DNA of 64,000 nt from Mizugakiibacter sp. (GTDB lineage: Bacteria; Pseudomonadota; Gammaproteobacteria; Xanthomonadales; Rhodanobacteraceae), in assembly GCA_003233305.1 (NCBI GenBank), contig QILI01000111.1:1322-65321 (forward strand), read 5' to 3'. Shown piece after piece: positions 1-8,460 of the stretch (within the stretch, counting starts at the first letter, position 1; every line of letters begins with the position of its first letter). A program made the translations under genes and the position numbers. The notes beneath the pieces were generated by a model. It did no database searches, had not been told where the DNA came from, and was given only the letters and a program-made list of their open reading frames with translations.

Positions 1-82
1 CCCTTGATTTTCTTGGTGATCTTGATCGACATATTGAAATCCGTATGGATTGTACCGGGTGGGTGGGCGAGGACTGCCCGAC

Positions 83-2227
83 TCACAATTTACCGTAATA
101 GCCTTCTTTCAAAGCGTCGAATAGGTTGGCGGCGGTGTGCATTTCACCGTCATATTCGATCTCCTCATTGCCGCGCACCTCGACCAAACTACCGTCCTCA
201 AGCTCAAAACGGTAGGTAGTGCTCTCAAGGTCGGATTCTTTGACCAGTACACCTTGGAAAGCGGCAGGATTGAAGCGGAAAGTGGTGCAGCCTTTCAGTC
301 CTTGTTGATGTGCATACTTGTAGATGTCCTTGAAATCCTCATAAGCATAGTCGGTCGGGACATTGGCGGTTTTGGAAATCGAAGAATCCACCCACTTCTG
401 GGCAGCCGCCTGAATATCGACGTGCTGGGTAGGGGTGACCTCGTCGGCGGCGATAAAATAGTCGGGCAGGCTGGAGTTAGAATTTCCTGTTGCAGGCATG
501 GCCTGAGCATTAATCAGAGCACGGTAGGCCAGCAGTTCAAAACTGAATACTTCGATCTTTTCCTTGGTCTTGCGACCTTCCCGGATGACGTTACGCGAAT
601 AGTGATGGGCGAAACTTGGCTCAATACCGTTGGAGGCGTTGTTGGCCAGGCTCAGGGCAATGGTCCCGGTCGGGGCGATTGAGGTGTGGTGAGTGAAGCG
701 AGACCCGGTTTTGGCGAGTTGTTCTATCAGTTCCGGAGCCACTGCGGCAACGCGCTGCAGGTAACGACTATAACGGGCATGGAGAATGCGGCCCGGAATA
801 CGATCACCTACCTGGTAGCCGTCCGCAGCCATTTCCGGGCGCTTACGCAGCATCTCGCCGGTTACTGCAAAGTCTTCGGTGAGAATGGGAGCAGGGCCCT
901 TCTCCTGGGCCAGTTCCAGGGCGACTTGCCATCCAGCCAGGGCCATCTCTTTGGCAATACGCTCGGTGAAGGTGCAGGATTCGGCGCAGCCGTAACGCAT
1001 TCTCAGCATGGCCAGAGTGGAGCCCAGGCCCAGAAAGCCCATGCCATGACGGCGTTTGTGGCGAATCTCATGGCGCTGCTTTTCGAGGGGCAGGCCGTTA
1101 ATCTCGACCACGTTGTCGAGCATGCGTGTGAATACCTGCACCACCTCCCGGTATTCGTCCCAGTCAAAATCGGCCTTGGGGCCGAAGGGATCGCGGACGA
1201 ACTTGGTCAGATTCACTGAGCCGAGCAGGCACGAGCCGTAAGGAGGCAGTGGCTGTTCGCCACAGGGGTTGGTGGCGCGGATATTTTCACACCACCAGTT
1301 GTTGTTCATCTCGTTGACCCGGTCGATGAGGATAAAGCCAGGCTCGGCATAATCGTAGGTAGAGACCATGATCATGTCCCACAGATGTCGGGCCTGAACC
1401 TTGCCGTAGATCTTGCAGGCCACCAGGCCATCATCGCGTACGACATAGTTTTGATGGGTGGGCCATTCGCGCCAGACCACCGTTTGCGGGTCGGACAGGT
1501 CGAGATCGCCCTGTTCCTTGATATGCACGGGAAACATCAGCGGCCAGTCACTGTCAGCCTCGACAGCCTGCATGAATTCGTCGGTGATCAGCAGCGACAG
1601 GTTGAATTGCCGCAGACGCCCATTCTCGCGCTTGGCACGGATGAACTCCCTGGCATCCGGGTGACTGATATCAAAGGTGCCCATTTGCGCGCCACGACGG
1701 CCCCCGGCAGAGCTGACGGTAAAACACATCTTGTCGTAGATATCCATAAACGACAGAGGGCCGGAGGTGTGTGCGCCGGCACCGGATACATAGGCGCCAC
1801 GGGGGCGTAGGGTCGAGAATTCATAGCCGATGCCACAGCCGGCCTTAAGTGTGAGGCCGGCTTCGTGTACTTTTTCGAGGATGTCATCCATGGAATCGCG
1901 GATGGTTCCCGAGACCGTGCAGTTGATGGTTGAGGTGGCCGGTTTGTGAGCTTTTGCTCCGGCATTGGAAATAATGCGCCCGGCAGGAATGGCCCCATGG
2001 CGCAGCGCCCACAAGAAGCGTTCATACCAGTGCTCGGACAAGTTCGGGTCGGCCTCTACCTCAGCAAGGGCATGGGCAACACGCTGATAGGTGCTGTCGA
2101 CGTCGTTATCAACCCGATCACCGGTTTTGGTACGCAAGCAGTATTTTTTATCCCAGATATCCTGGGAGGCAGGTTGTAGCGGAATTTCCGCGAGGGTCGG
2201 TGCGGGTTGGACGCGGGCCGTGCTCAT
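83..2227 (-). CDS. nrdJ: Class II (adenosylcobalamin-dependent) ribonucleotide reductase
   Basis: 714-aa ORF. 'QDIWDKKYCLR' N-terminus, 'RIISNAGA', and the 'NPCGEQPLPPYGSCLLGSVNL' active-site Cys loop are typical of NrdJ. Confidence 0.9.
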   Translation of the reverse strand: MSTARVQPAPTLAEIPLQPASQDIWDKKYCLRTKTGDRVDNDVDSTYQRVAHALAEVEADPNLSEHWYERFLWALRHGAIPAGRIISNAGAKAHKPATSTINCTVSGTIRDSMDDILEKVHEAGLTLKAGCGIGYEFSTLRPRGAYVSGAGAHTSGPLSFMDIYDKMCFTVSSAGGRRGAQMGTFDISHPDAREFIRAKRENGRLRQFNLSLLITDEFMQAVEADSDWPLMFPVHIKEQGDLDLSDPQTVVWREWPTHQNYVVRDDGLVACKIYGKVQARHLWDMIMVSTYDYAEPGFILIDRVNEMNNNWWCENIRATNPCGEQPLPPYGSCLLGSVNLTKFVRDPFGPKADFDWDEYREVVQVFTRMLDNVVEINGLPLEKQRHEIRHKRRHGMGFLGLGSTLAMLRMRYGCAESCTFTERIAKEMALAGWQVALELAQEKGPAPILTEDFAVTGEMLRKRPEMAADGYQVGDRIPGRILHARYSRYLQRVAAVAPELIEQLAKTGSRFTHHTSIAPTGTIALSLANNASNGIEPSFAHHYSRNVIREGRKTKEKIEVFSFELLAYRALINAQAMPATGNSNSSLPDYFIAADEVTPTQHVDIQAAAQKWVDSSISKTANVPTDYAYEDFKDIYKYAHQQGLKGCTTFRFNPAAFQGVLVKESDLESTTYRFELEDGSLVEVRGNEEIEYDGEMHTAANLFDALKEGYYGKL

Positions 2228-2374
2228 AATCCTTTTTTCCCCATATCAGTGCGGATTGCTTTGAGGCCTGAAACTCAGTAGTGAAGCGAGCGAAGGGGGC
2301 AATGGAGATCCCTTGTATCACCATTCTTTATGCCGTTCATGGCCCGAATCTCTCCAAGTGTCTGTAGGGCTCTA

Positions 2375-2422
2375 ACCCAACAGGTTGTTTTATTCGGGCG
2401 TGGAAACCACAACATGTTGTGG
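2375..2422 (-). promoter_or_regulatory. Candidate tandem NrdR boxes upstream of nrdJ
   Basis: ACCCAACAGGTTGTTT (2375-2390) and the perfect palindrome CCACAACATGTTGTGG (2407-2422) have centres 32 bp apart. They match the recalled NrdR-box consensus acaCwAtATaTwGtgt at about 11/16 and 12/16 positions. Confidence 0.5.
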
Positions 2423-2612
2423 TTGCGCCTGGGGAAGAGAAATTACTGCCAAGGGCCTGAGCTGTCAATATTGACAGAGTATCCCGACAGGGTCTGACAA
2501 GCAGCTAGCATGAACTCGGCAGGGGAAATGTGTCAAAAGGTGACGAAGTAGACAACTTGAGTGGTAAGGGATCAGGCATACTCCATATTGGCTTACCTCA
2601 AGAGATTGCTGC

Positions 2613-3653
2613 ATGTCTGGTTTCCGATTCGCACTATTGCTGTCGCTGTTGTGGCTGTCAGCACCGGCATTGGCTGCTCCCCCCACTCTGATTTTGCGTG
2701 GGGATACGACCACCACCCGCAATCTTGCTGAAGGCTTGGCCAAGGCCTGGGCCAAGCATGGCGGTGGGCATCTGCAGGTACAGCCGTTCAACACCATTTC
2801 CGGTATTGACAACACCTTATCCGGCAAGGCGGATATTGCCGGTTCAGCACGGCCGGCGTTTTCCGGGCGGGCTAAGGAATCGCGATTGAACTTCACCCCG
2901 GTAGCTTGGGATGCCTTGGTACTGATTGCCCAACATGGCAACCCGGCCCGCAACCTGACCCTACAGCAGATCTACAATATCTATCTTGGTCGAATCAGCC
3001 GATGGAATACGGTGGGAGGAGCCAATCAGGCCATCCATCTCTACTCAATCGCCAGCCCCCTGGATGGGTTGGAATTTGATCTGCGGCAATTTGTTTATGG
3101 CCGGGGTAATCAGCAGGTGGCGGCTCCTTGGTTATTTCTCAACACCCGGCAGATGGACAGTGCTGCCGGGCAGGATCCACTGAGCCTGGCCGTCACGGCC
3201 TATTCCAACGTATTCCATGATCGGCAAGTCAAGATGTTGACCGTGGAAGGGATGCGGCCCGATGCAGCAACCATTGCCGCAGGGCGCTATCCGCTATACA
3301 TGCCCTTGTATTTTGCGACCTTGCCGGGTGGCCGCCATGCGGCTGCAGTAGCCCGGTTCATGGCATTTTTGAAGACCCCGGCGGCGGCGGCGGTAATGCG
3401 AGCCCACGGTCTGATCCCTTATGCGGAGGGTTTGGCCTTACAACAGATGAGCAGTCAGCGGAATCACTGGCTGGCAGCGCGGATCCGGGCTGAGCTGAGT
3501 CACGGCGCGATAGCTATGAACGGCCCGCTGGTGCCTGGTGCGACTTACTCTCAAGGTACGAGTGAGGCACCGGCCAGCCCCGCCACGCGGGCGGCACGGG
3601 CTGATACGAAGGCGGCACAAGGGAATCATCGCGATGCCGACTCGGTCTATTGA
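2613..3653 (+). CDS. PstS-family periplasmic phosphate-binding protein (orphan, no pstCAB nearby)
   Basis: Signal peptide 'LLSLLWLSAPALA|AP'. PBP-like_2 pattern 'LRGDTTTT..L...W', 'DIAGSARP', 'LTLQQIYNIYLGRISRWNTVGG'. Confidence 0.7.
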   Translation: MSGFRFALLLSLLWLSAPALAAPPTLILRGDTTTTRNLAEGLAKAWAKHGGGHLQVQPFNTISGIDNTLSGKADIAGSARPAFSGRAKESRLNFTPVAWDALVLIAQHGNPARNLTLQQIYNIYLGRISRWNTVGGANQAIHLYSIASPLDGLEFDLRQFVYGRGNQQVAAPWLFLNTRQMDSAAGQDPLSLAVTAYSNVFHDRQVKMLTVEGMRPDAATIAAGRYPLYMPLYFATLPGGRHAAAVARFMAFLKTPAAAAVMRAHGLIPYAEGLALQQMSSQRNHWLAARIRAELSHGAIAMNGPLVPGATYSQGTSEAPASPATRAARADTKAAQGNHRDADSVY

Positions 3654-3707
3654 GCCTACTTGAGTAGCCTTTCGGAGTGAGAATTTAACCGATCGGATGG
3701 AATTATC

Positions 3708-3849
3708 GGGGGACCTCAAAAACCGTGGTGAGTGGTTTGATCGCCAGGTATCCTGGAATGAATCCCCGAGACCTATCAGGTAGCGGGGTGAGGAATGAGT
3801 TAGGACGCAACATGGCAGCAGCCGCGTAACGGGTTTTTCGAGCTACCCC
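3708..3849 (+). repeat. MITE-like intergenic element, copy 1 of 5
   Basis: Ends are GGGGACCTCAAAAACC ... GGGTTTTTCGAGCTACCCC (inverted). Internal 'GAGACCTATCAGGTAG..GGTGAGGAATGAG' is alignable to the copy at 18644-18785. Confidence 0.7.
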
Positions 3850-3940
3850 AACGATGTAGCCGGGGGGCGTGGTTGTAGTGCAGCGCGCAACAGTGCGCTG
3901 CACTATCATCGGCGCTTTCATAATCGCCAAGGGCTGCCCC

Positions 3941-5326
3941 ATGCCGATTCTAGTACCGAGCTCAAAAACCCTTAAACCGCTCTCGATTTTACCTTTGGAA
4001 AGTGAGACGTTGGCGGCTGCATTGAAACACTTTCCGTTGGCTACGCGGCGTTGGATTCGCGGTAACGGTTTTGAAGCTACCCCGGGCACGCATCTATTGC
4101 TTCCCGACCCCAAGGGCGGGGTTGCCCAGGTGCTTGCTGGCGTTGACCCGGGTGACCCACTGTGGTCGATGGGGGCCTTGCCCCAGCTTCTGCCGGTGGG
4201 CGATTATCGGATCGAATTTGCGGAGGGGTCGAGTCAAGCAAAGTTGACTGAGCTGGGCTTTGCCCTGGGTGCATACCGATTCTTGCGATATCGACCCCGG
4301 GTTCGATCACTGCCCCAGTTGGTGGTTGAACCGGCAAGGTTGACCGAGCTGCTACCGTTGTGGCGGGCGGTGAGTCGGGTACGGGACCTGGTCAACACTC
4401 CGACGGAAGATCTGGGACCGGTCGAACTCGGTGACGAAGTTCGTCAGTTGGCCCAAGCGTACGATGGGCAGTTTCGCGAGTGGGTAGGTGAGAAACTCCT
4501 CAAGGGAGGGTTTCCGTCCATCCACGCCGTAGGGCGTGCCAGTCACCGGGCCCCACGCCTGCTCCAGCTTGCTTGGGGCAAGACCCGTGACCCCAAGCTG
4601 GTTCTGATCGGCAAGGGCGTGTGCTTTGACACCGGGGGGCTGAATCTGAAGCCTTCCGGTTCCATGCGTTGGATGAAAAAGGATATGGGTGGCGCGGCTC
4701 AGGCCCTGGCTCTGGCCGAGCTGGTGATGCAGGCGCGCTTACCGGTTCGGTTGACCCTGTTGATCCCGGCCGTAGAAAACGTGGTGGCAGGTAATGCCTA
4801 TCGTCCGGGTGAAGTACTCACCACCCGTGCTGGCCATACCGTGGAGGTCGACAATACCGATGCCGAAGGGCGGCTGGTTTTGTGTGATGCGTTGGCTTAT
4901 GCAGTCGAGCAGAAACCTGATCTGATCCTCGATTTTGCGACCTTGACCGGGGCGGCAAGGGTGGCTCTGGGCCCGGATCTGCCGGCACTATTCAGTAACC
5001 GTGATGCCTTAGCTAAAACCTTGCTGGCCATGGCCGGTTTAGAACATGACCCGTTGTGGCGATTGCCGCTATGGCAGCCTTATCGGGTCATGCTCGATTC
5101 GTATCTGGCCGATATCGCCAACAGTGGAGTTTCGCGTCATGCCGGGGCGATCACCGCAGCTCTGTTTCTGCAGGCGTTTGTACCCGACTCGGTACCGTGG
5201 ATGCATATGGATCTGTATGCCTGGAACGATAGCGAGCGACCCGGTCGGCCGCGGGGTGGTGAAGCGCAAGGGTTGCGGGCTTGTTTCGCTTTTCTGCAGC
5301 AGAAGTACGGAACGGCTCGAACATGA
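3941..5326 (+). CDS. M17 leucyl aminopeptidase family protein
   Basis: 'VCFDTGGLNLKP', 'MKKDMGGAA', 'NTDAEGRLVLCDAL' M17 metal-site motifs. Start moved to the internal ATG at 3941 (MPILVPSS). Confidence 0.85.
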   Translation: MPILVPSSKTLKPLSILPLESETLAAALKHFPLATRRWIRGNGFEATPGTHLLLPDPKGGVAQVLAGVDPGDPLWSMGALPQLLPVGDYRIEFAEGSSQAKLTELGFALGAYRFLRYRPRVRSLPQLVVEPARLTELLPLWRAVSRVRDLVNTPTEDLGPVELGDEVRQLAQAYDGQFREWVGEKLLKGGFPSIHAVGRASHRAPRLLQLAWGKTRDPKLVLIGKGVCFDTGGLNLKPSGSMRWMKKDMGGAAQALALAELVMQARLPVRLTLLIPAVENVVAGNAYRPGEVLTTRAGHTVEVDNTDAEGRLVLCDALAYAVEQKPDLILDFATLTGAARVALGPDLPALFSNRDALAKTLLAMAGLEHDPLWRLPLWQPYRVMLDSYLADIANSGVSRHAGAITAALFLQAFVPDSVPWMHMDLYAWNDSERPGRPRGGEAQGLRACFAFLQQKYGTART

Positions 5327-5342
5327 CGGTTACCGTACCGGT

Positions 5343-6167
5343 TCAGTGAGCCATCAACATGGGCAGGCGGGCTTCGCGCAACAAACTACGAGTCACACCA
5401 CCCAGGATCATTTCAGCCAATCGTGAATGACCCCAGGCGCCGAGGACGATAAGATCCGCACGCATGTCTACAGCAAACTGGAGCAGTTCTACGGCGGTCG
5501 ACTTGACGGGCACAAAGTGTAGCAGCTCGGCAAAAATGGCGTGGCGCGAACACCAGTCGGTGAGATCCAGCGATGGCAACCAGGTCAGCCCATCCGGTCC
5601 TGTATCAGCATGTCCGTCGAGGATACACACCTGCTCCGCCTTGGCCAGGATCGGTACCGCCTCCGTCAAGGCCCGGGTGGCTTCCAGACTGCCGTCCCAG
5701 GCAACCAGTACTCGGCGGCCGGTTTCAGGTAGGGCGGTGTCGGTGGGGACCACCAGGACCGGACGGTTGGCGGCAAAAATGGTTCGCGAGGTGGCCCCGA
5801 ACCCCAGTGCCCCATCCTCTGGGTTGGCAGAACGTTCCATGATTACCAGTTGGGAACTGGCTGCGGCTAAGCACAGAACCTGGCCAATATCACCCTCACC
5901 GACCCGCCAGTTACCACGCAGACCGTAGGATTCGAGCGTTTTCTGCCACCATTCGGCCTTGTCTTCTGCGGCATGCCGAGAGCGTTCGGCTTCCATTACC
6001 TGCGCGGTGACGGCTTCAGGTACGGCGAATGCCGCCGTGGGTAGGGGGGCGGCATGGATGCCGTCGAGATGGGCATGCAGACGTTGGGCAAGTTTGCAGG
6101 CCAGACGGATTGTGGGATTTTCTTCACCGGGGTGTCGAACGTGAACACTGAACTCAAGAATAGACAT
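5343..6167 (-). CDS. Tandem-domain universal stress protein (UspA family)
   Basis: 'VLVAWDGS' and C-terminal 'ADLIVLGAWGHSRLAEMILGGVTRSLL' USP ATP-binding-type motif. Start chosen at MSILEF. Confidence 0.6.
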   Translation of the reverse strand: MSILEFSVHVRHPGEENPTIRLACKLAQRLHAHLDGIHAAPLPTAAFAVPEAVTAQVMEAERSRHAAEDKAEWWQKTLESYGLRGNWRVGEGDIGQVLCLAAASSQLVIMERSANPEDGALGFGATSRTIFAANRPVLVVPTDTALPETGRRVLVAWDGSLEATRALTEAVPILAKAEQVCILDGHADTGPDGLTWLPSLDLTDWCSRHAIFAELLHFVPVKSTAVELLQFAVDMRADLIVLGAWGHSRLAEMILGGVTRSLLREARLPMLMAH

Positions 6168-6287
6168 GGCGCAAACCTCCATACAACCACCATAGTGCAT
6201 GGTAAGCGCATCGGGCCTGGCCTGCATTCGAGCTGGATTCAGGGCCGGGTTTGCAAGATGTCACATAAATATCGAGGAGTGTTGCGC

Positions 6288-6737
6288 ATGCCGATGAAGA
6301 AGCTTGCCTTACTGGTTGCCGCCGTGATGCTGCTCGGTTTGGTGCCGTTGCAGTCGGCGAATGCCTATGGAAACGTGGCCTGCAAGATGCGCTACTCACT
6401 AAAAGGCTGGTCGCTGTTCTACCAGACAGCCCAGGGCAGTGGGATTGTCACCTGCAGCAATGGCCAGCGCCTGCGTGTCATTCTGGAAACCAAAGGCGGA
6501 GGCCTGACCATAGGTAGGTCGGAGATACGCGATGGCAAGGGTCGCTTCAGCGGGGTCCATACGATTACCGATGTGCTGGGTCGTTACATCACCGCCAATG
6601 TACATGCCGGTGCGGCAGAGTCCAGTTCTGCTCAGGTATTGACCAAAGGCAATGTATCGCTAGCACTGGCCGGAATAGGGCAGGGCTGGAATCTGGGCGT
6701 GGCTTTCGGCAAGTTTGTAATCAAGCCGGTGAAGTGA
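6288..6737 (+). CDS. Small secreted hypothetical protein
   Basis: Signal peptide 'MPMKKLALLVAAVMLLGLVPLQSANA|YG'. No family recognised. Confidence 0.5.
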   Translation: MPMKKLALLVAAVMLLGLVPLQSANAYGNVACKMRYSLKGWSLFYQTAQGSGIVTCSNGQRLRVILETKGGGLTIGRSEIRDGKGRFSGVHTITDVLGRYITANVHAGAAESSSAQVLTKGNVSLALAGIGQGWNLGVAFGKFVIKPVK

Positions 6738-6803
6738 ACCCACCATAGTGTTATCCACCTCAATGTGGAGATTGAACAGGGCACTGCGACCAGGGTGGGT
6801 AGC

Positions 6804-7283
6804 TCAGCTCAGCCAGACGAGTGTAAACAGTCCGATCATCATGAAACACAGGGCGAGCTTGAATAATAGGCCCAGGGTCAGGCCGATCCATGTAGCTAAG
6901 CTGATCCGGCTGGCATGGTGGGCACTCGTACCGGCCAGCAGTTCGCCAATGAATGCGCCCAGTAATGGACCCAGCAGGATGCCAGGCAGACCGAAGAACA
7001 ACCCGGTCAGGGTTCCGATCATGGTCCCGATCACGGCTTGCCGGCTGGCACCGTAACGTTTGGCACCCAAAGCTCCGGCGAGCAGATCAACACTCCAGGC
7101 GACGGCGGCGAGTACTGCCAGAACCAGCAGAGTGGGTAGGCCGACTCGGTGAAAATCGTCGGCCCAAGCCGTTATCAATAAGCCAGCGTACAGGATGGGT
7201 ACTCCGGGAAGGATAGGCAACAGCGCTCCGACCAGCCCGATCAGGGCCAGCAGAATACCGAGCAGATAGAGCAGCAGGGTCAT
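6804..7283 (-). CDS. DUF456-like integral membrane protein
   Basis: Four or more hydrophobic helices. N-terminus 'LLGILLALIGLVGALLPILPGVPILYAGLLI' is typical of DUF456. Confidence 0.6.
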   Translation of the reverse strand: MTLLLYLLGILLALIGLVGALLPILPGVPILYAGLLITAWADDFHRVGLPTLLVLAVLAAVAWSVDLLAGALGAKRYGASRQAVIGTMIGTLTGLFFGLPGILLGPLLGAFIGELLAGTSAHHASRISLATWIGLTLGLLFKLALCFMMIGLFTLVWLS

Positions 7284-7288
7284 CGGCA

Positions 7289-7440
7289 GGGAACCTGGAA
7301 AAACCTACTATGCGAACCGATTACGGTGTCGTGTACTCATTAGTTCCTTGCTTTATCTACGTGTACATCTCGTTGCTCATTCCACGACTTCTGGTACTTG
7401 GCCCGTTTGTAACGGTTTTTCGAGGTTCCCTGTATTTTAC
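7289..7440 (-). repeat. MITE-like intergenic element, copy 2 of 5 (inverted relative to 18644-18785)
   Basis: GGGAACCTGGAAAAACC ... GGTTTTTCGAGGTTCCC terminal inverted repeats. The interior aligns along its length with the reverse complement of 18644-18785. Confidence 0.75.
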
Positions 7441-7466
7441 GAGTCTCGATGGCAGAGAGCGTTACC

Positions 7467-8381
7467 TCAATCGCTATACCAGGCTCCCCGGTAGGACACA
7501 CCGGGTTGGGGTCGTTCACGAAAAACCTCGCGGCGGAAGCGGAACAGAGCGGCCGGCCGGCCACGGCCGGTATGGGTGTGGACACCGGTCGCCTCGACCA
7601 GGCCCGCATGTTCGACCAGCCGGCGGAAGTTTTGGATATGCAGGCGTTTGCCGGCCAGTGCTTCAACGACTTTTTGCAGTTGCGACAGGGTGAATGGGTC
7701 CGGCAACATTTCAAAGATTACCGGACGGTAGCGAATTTTACCGCGCATCCGGCCCAGCGCGGTAGCGAGAATACGCCGATAATCACGGGCCATGGACAGC
7801 CCACTGGTGTGCTGGGGTAGCGGGTGCGGATGATGCTGGGCCTCGCTTACCAGGTCTGCTTCCCACAGTAGTTCGTAGCGATCCAGACAGCGCTCAGTAT
7901 CCCAGGGCATACCATCCAGGCCGAAATGCAGGGCGATGCGCTCACTACGTTGCGGGTGGTTTTGGGCCCAGTTCTGTAAGCTTGGCACCAGTTCCTCGGT
8001 GATTATATCGGGACGGCGCTGGCGCCAGTCCTCCCACGGCAGGAATGCATAGATATCGCGCCAGTGCGCTTCTCCAGCCGGAGGGGAGCGTTCCCCCATC
8101 AGGGCGAGATAGGTGATGCCCAGTCGGCGCAGGCTGGGTTCGGCCTCGCCGCGATGCCGGTCACCAAAGGTGTATAACTGCTCGACGTAGCCAAGGGTCA
8201 GACCGGTGCTACGTTGGACCCAATCGCGCATACCACGTTCCAGGGTTGGATGATTGTTGGTATCCAGGGGACCTGATGGCAAGGCGCTGCCAGATGGGGT
8301 GTCGACAGTCAGTACTCTGGGAGAGTCGGCGGTTACTGCAACAATGACTGTATCCAGGGTGACCGCGAGCCCCGACGGCAT
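7467..8381 (-). CDS. Nudix-related transcriptional regulator (NrtR/NadQ-like)
   Basis: N-terminal Nudix-like fold 'VIVAVT...VLTV', 'GYVEQLYTFGDRHRG'. C-terminal winged-helix 'FTLSQLQKVVEALAGKRLHIQNFRRLVEHAGLVEATG...GRGRPAALFRF'. Confidence 0.5.
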   Translation of the reverse strand: MPSGLAVTLDTVIVAVTADSPRVLTVDTPSGSALPSGPLDTNNHPTLERGMRDWVQRSTGLTLGYVEQLYTFGDRHRGEAEPSLRRLGITYLALMGERSPPAGEAHWRDIYAFLPWEDWRQRRPDIITEELVPSLQNWAQNHPQRSERIALHFGLDGMPWDTERCLDRYELLWEADLVSEAQHHPHPLPQHTSGLSMARDYRRILATALGRMRGKIRYRPVIFEMLPDPFTLSQLQKVVEALAGKRLHIQNFRRLVEHAGLVEATGVHTHTGRGRPAALFRFRREVFRERPQPGVSYRGAWYSD

Positions 8382-8460
8382 GCCGAATTCCTCATAGATT
8401 TCAAGTAGAGACTAACAGGCGTCGCCACCTGGCCCAAGTAAATAGTGAGGTGTAGAACAC

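Noticed and set aside
7340-7466. Basic peptide tail 'IETRKIQGTSKNRYKRAKYQKSWNEQRDVHVDKARN' on the minus strand, either a possible small gene or a frameshifted end of the NrtR-like gene.
   Set aside because: There is no ATG/GTG/TTG start in the intergenic part. The sequence lies inside MITE-like copy 2. The wHTH of the regulator is already complete before its stop codon.
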